Positions 8,402 to 18,902 of a stretch of 64,000 nt of DNA are shown here, in pieces (within the stretch, counting starts at the first letter, position 1; every line of letters starts with the position of its first letter). Source of the stretch: an uncultured Dehalococcoidales bacterium. Its GTDB lineage: Bacteria > Chloroflexota > Dehalococcoidia > GIF9 > UBA5629. Position numbers and translations under genes: made by a program. The stretch is from NCBI GenBank assembly GCA_964549635.1, contig CAZJVJ010000003.1, positions 41,612 through 105,611 on the forward strand, read 5' to 3'. A model generated the notes under the pieces. That model did not search any database and had not been told where the DNA came from. It worked only from the letters and a program-made list of their open reading frames with translations.

Positions 8402-9655
8402 CTAACTGGAAAGCACCTTTTCCAGCGCGCTAATGTTTGGTTCAATCTGGACTGGTCTTGGATATACCTGTGCAGCTACCTCTAAAACTTTAAGGCCTGA
8501 TCCTGTAGCCACGCAAGCGACAGACTCGTTTCCGTTTATCACGTTTCTATTGAGGAGCTTTTTAAGTGCAGCGATAGTTGTAGCTGAAGATGGCTCAACG
8601 AAAATTCCTTCTGTAGTCGCCAATGATTTTTGTGCCTCTAGGATTTCCTGATCTGAGACTGCTACTGCATGTCCATTCGATTCTTTAAGCGTGTTTAGTG
8701 GCCATGGGCCAACAACGCGGCCAATACACAGGGCATCGGCAACTGTTGTCGGCTCAAACTCTTCTATTTCGTAAAATTGTTTCTTTTCTTCAAATGCCTT
8801 CACCAACGGTTCGGCGCCTTCTCCTTGCACTCCAACCATTCTAGGTAGGTTATTAATAAACCGTAGGGTATAAAATTCCTTGAACCCCTTCCATATTGCT
8901 CCCAGACTATCACCGCTGGAAACTGGAGTGATTATCCAGTCCGGAACCTGCCAGTCCAGTTGTTCGCAGATTTCGTACGCTAGCGTCTTATGACCCTCGG
9001 TTTGGTATGGATTGAGAACCTTAGCCGTAGTTATATTAAACCAACCGTATTTGATACACGCCTCTAAAACAAGTAACCCGGCAGCGATGAGTGAGCCTTT
9101 TACTGAAAAGACCCGTGCCCCATACATGCTCATCTGAACTATTTTGGACTGGACGGCAAATGCTGGGGTAAAGATATAGCAGACGATCCCAGCTCTAGCA
9201 CTGTACGCCGCTGCTGAAGCCCCTGCATTACCGTCCGAAACCGCTGCCACAGTCTTTGCCCCTCTTTCGAGAGCCCTGGAAATAATGACTGAGAAGGCAC
9301 GATCTTTGAAGCTAAATGTCGGGTTTACGGTCTCGTTTTTCAAATATAAATTCTTAACCCCGATTTCACGTGCCAGAGTCGCACATCTAATAAGAGGCGT
9401 TCCACCTTCATCTAACGAAACTATCTTTGACTCGTCTGATAAGGGTAAAAGCTCCTTGTATTTCCAAATGGATGGCCTTCTACTTTCGAGGACATTTTTG
9501 TTTAACTGTCTGCCGATTATGTCGTAATTGTAAACTGGATCCAGAAGACCAAAACCTAATCCCTTCTGGCCACATTCCGTACAAGCAGCAATTAGGTCCT
9601 CGGGTGAATGTTCTTTGCCACAATCTATACATTTTAGACCTCTGACGAAACTCAT
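8402..9655 (-). CDS. thrC: threonine synthase-family PLP enzyme with N-terminal zinc ribbon
   Basis: CIDCG...CTECG ribbon, NPTFSFKDR PLP-lysine motif and SDGNAGASAAAY; 417 aa. Confidence 0.7.
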   Translation of the reverse strand: MSFVRGLKCIDCGKEHSPEDLIAACTECGQKGLGFGLLDPVYNYDIIGRQLNKNVLESRRPSIWKYKELLPLSDESKIVSLDEGGTPLIRCATLAREIGVKNLYLKNETVNPTFSFKDRAFSVIISRALERGAKTVAAVSDGNAGASAAAYSARAGIVCYIFTPAFAVQSKIVQMSMYGARVFSVKGSLIAAGLLVLEACIKYGWFNITTAKVLNPYQTEGHKTLAYEICEQLDWQVPDWIITPVSSGDSLGAIWKGFKEFYTLRFINNLPRMVGVQGEGAEPLVKAFEEKKQFYEIEEFEPTTVADALCIGRVVGPWPLNTLKESNGHAVAVSDQEILEAQKSLATTEGIFVEPSSATTIAALKKLLNRNVINGNESVACVATGSGLKVLEVAAQVYPRPVQIEPNISALEKVLSS

Positions 9656-9712
9656 TTTGGCAATACCTCCGAAGGCTTATTTTCGAAGCCGTGGTCTACT
9701 GTGGGTTGTTCT

Positions 9713-10090
9713 CTATTTTATTGCGATGACCTCAATCTCTAACGGGAAATTGCCGGGGACTTCTTTTACTGCCACACAAGAGCGAGCTGGAGGATTGTCG
9801 GGGAAAAAGGTTCTATAGACTTCGTTCATGCTATTAAAATCAGCCATATCCCGTAGGAAAACAGTGGCTTTAACGACTTTATCCAGACTGCTACCTACTG
9901 ATTCCAACACCCTTTTAGCGTTGTTTAGAACAACCTCGGTTGCCTTTTTGATATCGTCAGTTATCATCAGTTGCTTTTCAAGGTCTATAGGAACTATTCC
10001 AGACACAAAAAGAAAGTCACCTGCTTCTACGACATGAGAATAAGGTCCACCTTTGATGAGTGTTTCAACATTATGAACTTTTTTCTTCAT
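9713..10090 (-). CDS. RidA/YjgF-family reactive-intermediate deaminase
   Basis: 125 aa with typical YjgF family blocks (GPYSH.V..G...FVSG, ...VKATVFL.DM.DF..MNEVY, ..PAR). Confidence 0.85.
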   Translation of the reverse strand: MKKKVHNVETLIKGGPYSHVVEAGDFLFVSGIVPIDLEKQLMITDDIKKATEVVLNNAKRVLESVGSSLDKVVKATVFLRDMADFNSMNEVYRTFFPDNPPARSCVAVKEVPGNFPLEIEVIAIK

Positions 10091-10210
10091 TGAGGGCCCC
10101 CTAAATTAGGTTAATCTCTTGGACAGATCGATGCCTTGGTGAGATCCGGTGCATAGAAAACTGACTGTTCTAGCCGGAAGCAATGCCGTTTATGCGAAAT
10201 GTCCATGACT

Positions 10211-11758
10211 TCAGTCCTCCTTTTTCCTAAATACAATGTGCTTTTGCCAATCTGGTGATGGTTCCGGGAAATCTGTACGGAAATGGGCACCTCGACTCTC
10301 TTCGCGAAGCAGGGCTGCTTCAGTCATCAGGCGAGCACTCAGTACCATGTTTCTCAACTCATATGAAGGTCTATCCGTTGGCTGGGGTAGTAGTTTTTGC
10401 CAGGCGGCTAAGGTATCAGCGGCCTCCGCCAATCCTTCACCAGAACGGACAATACCGACCTTATCCCAGAGAAGCGTTCCTAGATTTGGCAGGTTAAGTT
10501 GCAAGACATTCTCTGCGCTCTTCCGCTTAGTAAGCGTGTAGCAGTCGGTTTCTGTCGCTTTAGGTGCTGGGGCATTTTTGTCGATTTCCCGAGTTCTTTC
10601 GATTATTCGTTTACCGAAAACAACGACTTCAAGCAAAGAGTTTGAGGCCAGCCGATTGGCGCCGTGAACACCGGTGCAAGCGGTTTCACCAGCAGCGAAT
10701 AAATTAGCGATGCTGGTTTCTCCCCAAACATTAACCTTAACTCCGCCCATTAAATAATGGGCAGCTGGGGCTACCGGTATAAGGCCTTTAGTAATGTCTA
10801 GTCCATGGTTGCGACAAAAGTTGTAAATATGAGGGAAGCGTGTGGCAATTCGGCGGGCTGGCAAATGAGTCACATCGAGAAAAACACGGTCGCTGCCAGT
10901 TTTTTTCATTTCATAGACAATACTTCTGGCTACTACATCTCTCGGTGCTAACTCAGCTTCAGGCGTATAATCGGGCATAAAGCGATAGCCATCGACGTTT
11001 CGTAGTATGCCGCCTTCACCACGTACGGCTTCACTGATGAGGAAAGGCGGGACTCCGGGGAGACGGATGGCAGTAGGGTGGAACTGAAAGAACTCCATAT
11101 CGACTATTTCAGCACCGGCTTCAAAAGCCAACGCAATACCATCACCAGTAGCTACGTCAGAGTTGGTCGTATATTTGAACAATCGCCCGGCGCCCCCGGT
11201 AGCCAGTATTGCGAAGCGACACTCAAAGTCCTCGAGTGAGCCAGTGCGACAATCCAGAGCTCGCACGCCTTTAACCTTGCCATTATCTAACAAAATCTTG
11301 GTAGCTAAGCAATATTCGAGTACCTGTATCGAGGTCATACGCACTTTTCGGCTCAACGTAACCTCAATATGTTCGCCAGTGGCATCACCGCCAGCGTGAA
11401 GAATGCGGGGTACACTATGAGCAGCTTCTCTGGTGAGAGCAATTTCGCCGTCTAAAGTATCGAAAGGAACACCAAACTTTATAAGGTCAGCTATACGGTC
11501 GGGAGCCTCATTAACTAAAATGCGTACTGCCTCAGGGTCACATAAGCCATCACCAGCGTTCATAGTGTCCTGAAAATGGAGGTCGGGAGAGTCATTTTTG
11601 CCTATTGCAGCAGCAATTCCCCCTTGGGCGTATTTAGTATTGCAATCCTCGATACTGCCCTTGGTAAGAATTAGAACACTCCCTATCTCCTTAGCGAGCA
11701 AGGCAGTATAAAGTCCAGCGATACCGCTGCCAACTATAATGTAGTCATAATAGTTCAT
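10211..11758 (-). CDS. nadB: L-aspartate oxidase
   Basis: N-terminal FAD fold DYIIVGSGIAGL, a YAQGGIAA block, the HPT motif and C-terminal ESRG.H.R.D; 515 aa. Confidence 0.9.
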   Translation of the reverse strand: MNYYDYIIVGSGIAGLYTALLAKEIGSVLILTKGSIEDCNTKYAQGGIAAAIGKNDSPDLHFQDTMNAGDGLCDPEAVRILVNEAPDRIADLIKFGVPFDTLDGEIALTREAAHSVPRILHAGGDATGEHIEVTLSRKVRMTSIQVLEYCLATKILLDNGKVKGVRALDCRTGSLEDFECRFAILATGGAGRLFKYTTNSDVATGDGIALAFEAGAEIVDMEFFQFHPTAIRLPGVPPFLISEAVRGEGGILRNVDGYRFMPDYTPEAELAPRDVVARSIVYEMKKTGSDRVFLDVTHLPARRIATRFPHIYNFCRNHGLDITKGLIPVAPAAHYLMGGVKVNVWGETSIANLFAAGETACTGVHGANRLASNSLLEVVVFGKRIIERTREIDKNAPAPKATETDCYTLTKRKSAENVLQLNLPNLGTLLWDKVGIVRSGEGLAEAADTLAAWQKLLPQPTDRPSYELRNMVLSARLMTEAALLREESRGAHFRTDFPEPSPDWQKHIVFRKKED

Positions 11759-11772
11759 CTAATCTACCTTTC

Positions 11773-13062
11773 TTAGACGCTGTTGCCAGTCGCTAATGTG
11801 CCTTGCAGCGCCCAAGGACTGGTTTTACTTATATTAACATATACTATCTGGCCAAGATAATCTTTGTTATCTTTAAAAAAGACAAGTTTATTACCTCTAG
11901 TACGTCCGTACCACTTTCCACTCTTTTTGCCTTCCACAAGTATTTCCACCGTGGTATTTAAGAATTTCGAGTTGATCTCATCAGCTATCATTGCCTGCTG
12001 CGCTTCGATTTTACTAACACGTTCCCTTTTAATTTCCCATGGGACATCATCTTGGTACTCCATTGAGGCAATAGTACCGGGGCGCGGAGAGTATGCAGCT
12101 ACGTGAACGGTATCAAACCGTATTTCTTGAAGCAGAGCTAAAGTATTGTGAAACTGTTCATAACTTTCTCCAGGGAAACCAACAATAACATCGGTACTGA
12201 TGGATACATTGGGGATGTAGCTACGTATAGCAGATATTAGTTGTCTATATTGCTTTACCGTATAGTCACGACGCATGGCTTTCAGTATCTCATCATCGCC
12301 TGACTGAAGTGGCAGACTTACATGCTCACAGACTTTATCCAGAGAGGCAATAGCCTTGATGAGCTTTTGTTGCATGTCCTTAGGGTGGTTGGTTAAAAAT
12401 CGTATCCTCATTAAACCGTCGACACTGCTCAATTCAGTGAGTAAGTCACTTAGGTCGGGCTTGCCTGGTAGATCGTGTCCGTAGGAATTCACGTTTTGTC
12501 CCAGTAAAGTGACCTCCTTAGTTCCGTAACTTACCAGATGGTTCACTTCGCTTACTATTTCTTCTATTGGACGACTTTTTTCTCTGCCTCGTCGGTATGG
12601 CACAATACAGTAAGAGCAGAAGTTGTCACATCCCTGGATAATAGGGACAAGTGCACTGATAGATACCTTTCTGTTCGTAGGCAGTCCTGCTTTCGTCTTT
12701 GGTAATGTCATACCTTGTTTCTCAGCCCAATCAAGCAAATCGGCATAATCTCCAGGTTTAAAAAAGAGATCCACGTATCTAAAGCTTTCTTTAAGCTGTT
12801 GAATATTAGAATCAACAAAGCAGCCTGTTACCAATACTGTTAGGTCTGGACTTTGATTTTTGATTCCTTTCACGTAGCCTAGGGTACCCAGCACTTTGTC
12901 TTCTGCACTTTTCCTGACTACACACGTATTAAGCACTATCAAGTCGGCTTTCCAGAAGGACTTGGTGGCTCTGTAGCCAAGCATCTCTAAATAGTCAGCC
13001 AGTCGTTGTGACTCAGCTTTATTCATCTGACAACCTATGGTCCAGATATAATATGTTGGCAT
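11773..13062 (-). CDS. miaB: tRNA-2-methylthio-N6-dimethylallyladenosine synthase (radical SAM methylthiotransferase)
   Basis: UPF0004 N-domain TIGCQMN, radical SAM CDNFCSYC and a C-terminal TRAM-like region. Confidence 0.85.
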   Translation of the reverse strand: MPTYYIWTIGCQMNKAESQRLADYLEMLGYRATKSFWKADLIVLNTCVVRKSAEDKVLGTLGYVKGIKNQSPDLTVLVTGCFVDSNIQQLKESFRYVDLFFKPGDYADLLDWAEKQGMTLPKTKAGLPTNRKVSISALVPIIQGCDNFCSYCIVPYRRGREKSRPIEEIVSEVNHLVSYGTKEVTLLGQNVNSYGHDLPGKPDLSDLLTELSSVDGLMRIRFLTNHPKDMQQKLIKAIASLDKVCEHVSLPLQSGDDEILKAMRRDYTVKQYRQLISAIRSYIPNVSISTDVIVGFPGESYEQFHNTLALLQEIRFDTVHVAAYSPRPGTIASMEYQDDVPWEIKRERVSKIEAQQAMIADEINSKFLNTTVEILVEGKKSGKWYGRTRGNKLVFFKDNKDYLGQIVYVNISKTSPWALQGTLATGNSV

Positions 13063-13087
13063 GCTAGATCCTATTGTCTACATAGCT

Positions 13088-13861
13088 TCATGCGACGCTC
13101 AAGCTGTGTTTTATGGTTAGCCCTCCATCAATGACTAACGTTTCTCCGGTGACATAGACCGAGGCGTCTGAGGCTAAATATATAACACCACCGACAATAT
13201 CTTCTGGGTTGCCCAGCCGCGCTAATGGGATCTGTTTAGAGACCTCGGGATGATGCGCGAATAGTTGTAGGACACCTTCAGTTGCGATAAATCCCGGGGC
13301 AATGGCGTTTACTCTGATATTATACTTGGCTAGTTCCATTGCCATCGTCTTTGTCAGACTTATGACTCCGGCCTTAGCTGCTCCATAAGACGCATTGAAA
13401 ACATAGGCTTCAAGCCCTGCGATGGAAGCGATATTTATGATAACCCCACGCTTCTGGTCTATCATCACCTTAGCGGTTGTTTGGCTGCACAGAAATACGC
13501 TCTTCAGATTTTCGCGTATTATTGCATCCCAACCACCTTCACTCATGTTCATTACAGGCACATTGAAGGACCCACCAGCATTATTTACCAGAACGTCGAT
13601 TCTGCCAAACTTATTCATAGTTGCATTCACCAGATTGTTCACTTGGTCGCTCAGGCGGACATCTGTCGGTACAGCGAGAGCTTTTGTGCCTTTTTTCTCA
13701 ATTTCAAAGGCAGTATTTTCTATGTCTGAAGCAGTGCGTGCTGCAACTACCACATAGGCACCAGCATCAGCTAACCCGAGGGCTATAGCTTTTCCTATGC
13801 CACGGCCAGCCCCTGTAACAATGGCTACTTTATCTGCTAAGCTGAAGATATTCAGGTTCAT
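13088..13861 (-). CDS. SDR-family oxidoreductase (FabG-like)
   Basis: TGAGRGIG cofactor motif, NNAG, and the catalytic Y..AAK. Confidence 0.85.
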   Translation of the reverse strand: MNLNIFSLADKVAIVTGAGRGIGKAIALGLADAGAYVVVAARTASDIENTAFEIEKKGTKALAVPTDVRLSDQVNNLVNATMNKFGRIDVLVNNAGGSFNVPVMNMSEGGWDAIIRENLKSVFLCSQTTAKVMIDQKRGVIINIASIAGLEAYVFNASYGAAKAGVISLTKTMAMELAKYNIRVNAIAPGFIATEGVLQLFAHHPEVSKQIPLARLGNPEDIVGGVIYLASDASVYVTGETLVIDGGLTIKHSLSVA

Positions 13862-14049
13862 CTTTTCCCTCCTGTCCTGATTCGAAGATGAAAAATGCCC
13901 GGTTTTTCCTATGCTAGCTCAAATTGAAAAGCCGTGTCAATTTAGAGTTCTACAGGGGTTTAGAGTTTGGTTCGTTACAGCAACTGTTTTCCCGCTTAGC
14001 AGTTTGTATTGGTGATCAACAGTTATCTGTTTTGGTGATTGGGGTAGAG

Positions 14050-15261
14050 TTAAATTACACCATCGGCCTTCAGTTGAGCTATCTGTTTCTCCGAATACCC
14101 TCCAATTTCCATCAAAACAGACTTAGTATGTTCGCCTATTTCAGGTGCGGCGCTTCTCGTTCCGGCATATGTCTTGCTAAAATGGATGGGGTATCCGGGG
14201 ATTTTTATTTTCCCAAGTCTAGGATGGTTAAAATCCACTATGTAGCCGTTCTCTAATATCTGGGGGTCATTAACTAACTCAGATAGCCTATTTATCGGGG
14301 CTACAGGCAAATCATACCTGGCGAAAATTTTAAGCCACTCGTCCCTGGGCTTAGTAGCAAAAATCTTGTCAAAAAAAGCAACAATCTGTTCTGAATTGGC
14401 TTGCAGTTTTTCCGCTGTGTTACATCTTTCATCATTTTCTAATTCAGGGTGTCCTATTGCCTCACATAGCGCTGGCCAGTACCTTTCGAATTGAGTGGCT
14501 GTAAGAATAAACCAGCGACCGTCACCGCACTTATAATAATTCCTTAAGGGGTATTCCTTTGAGCGCTTGTGGCGAGGAACTTCGAACCCAGCCACGAGGG
14601 CAATTAAGATGTTGCAGTAGAGCATATAGAGAGCCGTGCTCAGGATTGAGACGTGAACCTCTTGGCCAATACCGAAACGTTCACGCATCAATAAGGCGGT
14701 GATTATTTCGTGGCTAGCCATGATAGATGTAGTCTGGTCAATAATCCCAAACTGGGAAACCAGTGGAGGCATATCTGGTTCTCCTACACAAAACATCATT
14801 CCAGACCTTCCCTGCCCCTGGTAATCAAAAGCGCCTACATCACGGTCAGGCCCGTTTGGACCGTAACCAGAGACCCAGGCGTAAATAAGCTTCGGATTAA
14901 TCTTTGATAGCACAGGATAATCCATTTTTAACCTCTCTACTGCTGGTCGGCGCAAACTGGTAATGAATACGTCTGACTTACTTACCAGGCGATAGGCCAC
15001 TTCCCTCCCTTTTTCTTTATGTAGGTCTATGGTTACACTTTTTTTGTTACGATTGGCGGCTTCATGCCAAATGCTGTATCCTCCCCCAATTTCCATGGGG
15101 ACGCTACCAACCATTTTCATGTGCCTCATTGGGTCTCCAATGCCGGGTTGTTCTATCTTTATTACCTCTGCGCCAAGGTCACCAAGAATGGCAGAACCTC
15201 CTGGCCCCGCATGGAACATCCCAAGTTCCAAGACTCGAATTCCTTCCAATGGCTGTTTCAT
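14050..15261 (-). CDS. family III CoA-transferase (CaiB/BaiF type)
   Basis: N-terminal PLEGIRVLELG....GP....LGDLGAEVIKIE; 403 aa. Confidence 0.85.
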   Translation of the reverse strand: MKQPLEGIRVLELGMFHAGPGGSAILGDLGAEVIKIEQPGIGDPMRHMKMVGSVPMEIGGGYSIWHEAANRNKKSVTIDLHKEKGREVAYRLVSKSDVFITSLRRPAVERLKMDYPVLSKINPKLIYAWVSGYGPNGPDRDVGAFDYQGQGRSGMMFCVGEPDMPPLVSQFGIIDQTTSIMASHEIITALLMRERFGIGQEVHVSILSTALYMLYCNILIALVAGFEVPRHKRSKEYPLRNYYKCGDGRWFILTATQFERYWPALCEAIGHPELENDERCNTAEKLQANSEQIVAFFDKIFATKPRDEWLKIFARYDLPVAPINRLSELVNDPQILENGYIVDFNHPRLGKIKIPGYPIHFSKTYAGTRSAAPEIGEHTKSVLMEIGGYSEKQIAQLKADGVI

Positions 15262-15390
15262 TGATTAACCTCCTTTCTAACCGAATCTGGTGTCCATAAA
15301 TTGCTGAACATTAGTCTTTAAATAACATATACGAGGCCATGAATAGACACACTAGTGAACTGTGTCAAGTTGCAATTCATAATTGTGATA

Positions 15391-15482
15391 TGGCGGAGGG
15401 AATGGGATTCGAACCCATGACCCCGATTTCTCGGGGTAACCGCTTAGCAGGCGGCCGCACTAGACCACTATGCGATCCCTCC
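15391..15482 (-). tRNA. tRNA-Ser (anticodon GCT), CCA encoded
   Basis: The reverse complement folds as acceptor GGAGGGA/TCCCTCC, anticodon loop CTGCTAA, a long variable arm (CCCCGAGAAATCGGGG) and T arm ATGGG-TTCGAAT-CCCAT. Confidence 0.9.
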
Positions 15483-15589
15483 GTCCGGTGGTAAACATCC
15501 CGTAGTATATAATAGCATTTTCATAACCAGCCTGCATCTTTGCGGGTAGTGTATTATTTATCCAGGCCTTTCTTTGATGTCTTTAACAG

Positions 15590-16565
15590 GAGTGGTACAG
15601 CTATCTTGCCTTAATTACCAGTCCTCTGCTGCCTTCTTCGGTTTGGCACAGCCTTAAGCCAGTCTTGTTTTGTCTTTCTGGCATTTTCTGTAACAAGCCA
15701 GCCCCTCAGGAAGTTAGCAGCTGCCATGCGGGACGTAAGACCGTACACTGGTCTGGTCCGTCTCCGGTATTCCTTTATACCTCTCTCTAAGGGTGACGTT
15801 GTATTTGGTTGGGTAGACTCTAATGTTACTTAGGCTTCTGTGATGACCTCTTTGACTTTAGATGGGTTGTCAGGGAATAGTCTCCTGGGTTTGAGAAATA
15901 GGTTGTGCAGATGATGCCAGGCGCACAACCTGCTTTTAGCTTTTGGGAGAAATAAAGATTAAAGCCGAAACAATGGCTGGGGCCACCATCATAGATAACC
16001 GGTATTCCTTTACCAGCCTCAGGAATCTCCAGGGCTTCAAAAGGCTAATCCAGAAGGTTTCACTTATCTGGTGACGGAACAGCTCCGAGATAAGCCCTTT
16101 TACACTTTTACCTTAACCTGAAGCTAACAGGTTCCAGTGTGGCTTTTCTTTTGCCCTAGTATAGGCCTCATCAAGGTATACCTTTAGAGTCTCACCTAAA
16201 CCGGAAGACGCAGTTCCTTCGCTATCTTCTGAAACCGTCGCCATAAACTCATAAGACCGAAAGTCCCATTCCATTGCTCTAACCAGAATATTTTTTTAAT
16301 TATCGATAGCTTGCACCAGAAATAAAGTTCAGCTATTTGACGGTCCAATTCTATGAGATTAACGTTATACTACTTCTTTTATTAACAAATAGCGTCGGTA
16401 GTGTCCATTGCGCTTAACCTGATTACTTTCTCTGGGGGGCACATTTTGGACAGACCCAAGGAGTAGGCTTTATTTTCCACTCCTTTAGAGTGGCTATAGC
16501 CCAAGAATCGACGAGGACTACTTGCTTGTGGCTGTTGCACTCAAAAATTCTCTGTGTTACTGTCA
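15590..16565 (-). pseudogene. decayed IS256/Mutator-family transposase
   Basis: There is no ORF of 60 aa or more across 1.56 kb. Minus-strand translation in shifting frames gives LKVYLDEAY, SETFW..LL, RLCAWHHLHNL and TSPLERGIKEYRRRTRPV, in the order of conserved IS256-family blocks. Several stops and frameshifts interrupt it. Confidence 0.55.
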
Positions 16566-17019
16566 TCTTGGGCTTACCTCCTTATGTCTTTTGCTCAGAC
16601 TCAAAGTCTATCAAAAGGTAGATGAGCCTTAAGCTTCATCCTCTTAGATAAGCCTGAATAAAGAACGCTACTTTTCTGATTGTCTTTGTTTTACCGGCAG
16701 ATATTTAATCTTATGCTAAGCTTGCTCCAAAAATTTCCGATATCGGAGAAAAACGATGATTAAGAACACCTTAACTTTTCCAGCCGCTCAAGACTTTCCA
16801 GGCATAGTTTTAAGGGTAAATTTCACCGCGAAAACATCGCGTCACTTAAGTTAAAAATAAGTGTTAGACAAATTGGTGGCTTATTAAGCGGCATGTTTTT
16901 AGCAGTGCTTAACGAATGCTACTGGTAGTTGGCAATCAAGGAAAAACTCTTTCAGCCGTGACTGTAAAATCATTGTACCTCAGGGATGGGCAATAGGAAG
17001 GCTCATTAGGTAATTATGC

Positions 17020-17051
17020 GCTATTCAACTTTCAAAAAAATATGTTACAAT
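17020..17051 (+). promoter_or_regulatory. candidate extended -10 promoter (TGTTACAAT) for the carboxyltransferase/TCA operon
   Basis: TGn-TACAAT at 17043-17051 with a weak -35 (TTCAAC region). It sits 65 nt upstream of the RBS-supported start at 17117. Confidence 0.35.
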
Positions 17052-17116
17052 GCATTAACCAGCAAGCTATCGAAGAAATAAAACCACGGCAAACCAGTGT
17101 ACTTGGAGTAGAACAA

Positions 17117-18667
17117 ATGGGAATTGAGCAGAAAATAACTGAACTTAACAAATTGAGACAGCAAGCTATGGCCGGTGGTGGCATTCAGCGGATTGAAGCT
17201 CAGCACAAGCGAGGAAAGCTAACGGCTAGGGAGCGAATTCAGCTACTTTTTGACCCTGGCACCTTTGAAGAACTGGATCCATTTGCGCTGCATCGCTGCA
17301 GCGATTTCGGGCTCGAAGAACAAAAAGTCTTGGGCGATGCTGTGGTCACTGGGTATGGGAAAATTAACGGTAGAAATACCTTTATTTTTTCACAAGACTT
17401 CACGGTTTTCGGCGGCTCATTGTCAAAAGTGGCTTCGGAAAAAATCTGCAAAGTCATGGATCTAGCGGCCAAAAGCGGCGCCCCTATAGTGGGCTTGCTC
17501 GATTCCGGGGGTGCCCGTATACAGGAGGGAGTAGATAGTCTAGCTGCTTATGGTGATATATTCATGCGCAATACCATTTACTCGGGGGTGATTCCTCAGA
17601 TTTCTGCGGTCATGGGACCATGTGCTGGTGGCGCTGTCTACTCACCAGCCATAACAGACTTCATCTTTATGGTCAAAGAGACAGGGCAGATGTACATCAC
17701 CGGACCAGCAGTGATTAAGGCGGTGACCGGTGAAGAGGTCAGCCTTGAAGAACTGGGCGGCGCTATGACCCATGCCACTAAGAGTGGCAACTGCCATTTT
17801 GTTGCCGACAACGACCGGCACTGCCTGGAAATGATACGTCGATTGCTAAGCTTCCTGCCTCAAAATAATATGGAAGAACCACCTTTTGTAGATACGGGGG
17901 ATGATCCCAATCGCATGGATGAGCAGCTTCTTTATTTGGTTCCAGACGATCCAAACAAAATCTACAATATGAAGGAAGTAATATTAAGAATTGTGGACAA
18001 CGGTGACTTTATGGAGGTGCACGAAAACTTTGCCCGCAATCTTATTGTGGGCTTTGCCCGAATGGGCGGACAGACTGTTGGAATAGTGGCACAACAGCCG
18101 TCAGTCTATGCTGGCGTTATTGATGTTGATGCCTCGGATAAAGGTGCCAGGTTTGTCCGTTTTTGTGATTGTTTCAACATCCCTTTGGTTACTCTGGTTG
18201 ATGTGCCAGGCTACATGCCAGGCACTGAGCAGGAGTACAAAGGTATTATCAGGCATGGTGCCAAGTTCCTCTATGCTTATGCTGAAGCTACTGTGCCCAA
18301 AATAAGTATCATCACTCGTAAGGCTTATGGGGGGGCCTTTGTGGTCATGAGTAGTAAAAGTTTGCGCGGTGACATAAACTACGCATGGCCGACAGCAGAG
18401 ATTGCTGTAATGGGACCAGACGGTGCAGTAAATATCATCTTCAAAGATACCATAGATAAGTCGGAGAAACCAGAAGAGACAAGACAAAAACTAATTGCCG
18501 AATACAGAGAGAAATTTGCTAACCCATATGTAGCTGCAAGCAAAGGATACATTGATGACGTAATTGATCCAAGGAGTACACGGCCCAAAGTAATTAAAGC
18601 TCTGGAGATGCTGCGGAACAAAACTGATACCAATCCGCCCAAAAAGCACGGCAATATACCTCTTTAA
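17117..18667 (+). CDS. acyl-CoA carboxyltransferase, 12S/PccB/MmdA type (methylmalonyl-CoA/propionyl-CoA)
   Basis: The family pattern holds throughout (RERI..L.D.G.F.E, GG.QR...[10 protein letters not shown]). The ATG at 17117 has a GGAG RBS. The ORF-track start at 17042 overlaps the putative promoter. Confidence 0.85.
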   Translation: MGIEQKITELNKLRQQAMAGGGIQRIEAQHKRGKLTARERIQLLFDPGTFEELDPFALHRCSDFGLEEQKVLGDAVVTGYGKINGRNTFIFSQDFTVFGGSLSKVASEKICKVMDLAAKSGAPIVGLLDSGGARIQEGVDSLAAYGDIFMRNTIYSGVIPQISAVMGPCAGGAVYSPAITDFIFMVKETGQMYITGPAVIKAVTGEEVSLEELGGAMTHATKSGNCHFVADNDRHCLEMIRRLLSFLPQNNMEEPPFVDTGDDPNRMDEQLLYLVPDDPNKIYNMKEVILRIVDNGDFMEVHENFARNLIVGFARMGGQTVGIVAQQPSVYAGVIDVDASDKGARFVRFCDCFNIPLVTLVDVPGYMPGTEQEYKGIIRHGAKFLYAYAEATVPKISIITRKAYGGAFVVMSSKSLRGDINYAWPTAEIAVMGPDGAVNIIFKDTIDKSEKPEETRQKLIAEYREKFANPYVAASKGYIDDVIDPRSTRPKVIKALEMLRNKTDTNPPKKHGNIPL

Positions 18668-18678
18668 GGGAGCAAGAG

Positions 18679-18870
18679 ATGAAGAAATCCCTAGTGGCTG
18701 CCATAGTTGCAGCAATCAATGCCTATATTGAGCAAGAAGAGCAGGCTCGATTGCTCTCACAACCAAGTAGGGTCATCCCTTATATTGAAATCAACCCGTG
18801 GCGGTTGTTTGGCCGCCAGGAGTTAATGAGAGCCAGAACCCGATGGCACATTAGAAAAGCAAGTCGTTAG
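18679..18870 (+). CDS. small subunit-like protein (OadG / acyl-CoA carboxylase epsilon-like), hypothetical
   Basis: 63 aa with an AAGGGAG RBS. Its N-terminal AAIVAAINAYI helix is typical of small subunits of biotin decarboxylase/carboxylase complexes. Confidence 0.45.
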   Translation: MKKSLVAAIVAAINAYIEQEEQARLLSQPSRVIPYIEINPWRLFGRQELMRARTRWHIRKASR

Positions 18871-18902
18871 ATCACCCAAAGCTTAGAAGGAGGCATAAAC
18901 AT

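Noticed and set aside
13941-13967. AGTTCTACA 9-mer (shared with the lexA operator repeats) and a TTTAGAGTT direct repeat upstream of the SDR gene
   Set aside because: Only a half-site-like 9-mer is shared, with no palindromic partner or GAAC-N4-GTTC arrangement. Chance recurrence in an AT-rich spacer is plausible.
17042-17116. Upstream ATG (17042) as the start of the 12S carboxyltransferase
   Set aside because: This ATG overlaps the TGTTACAAT extended -10 candidate and has no RBS. The ATG at 17117 has a GGAG RBS and gives a typical N-terminus.
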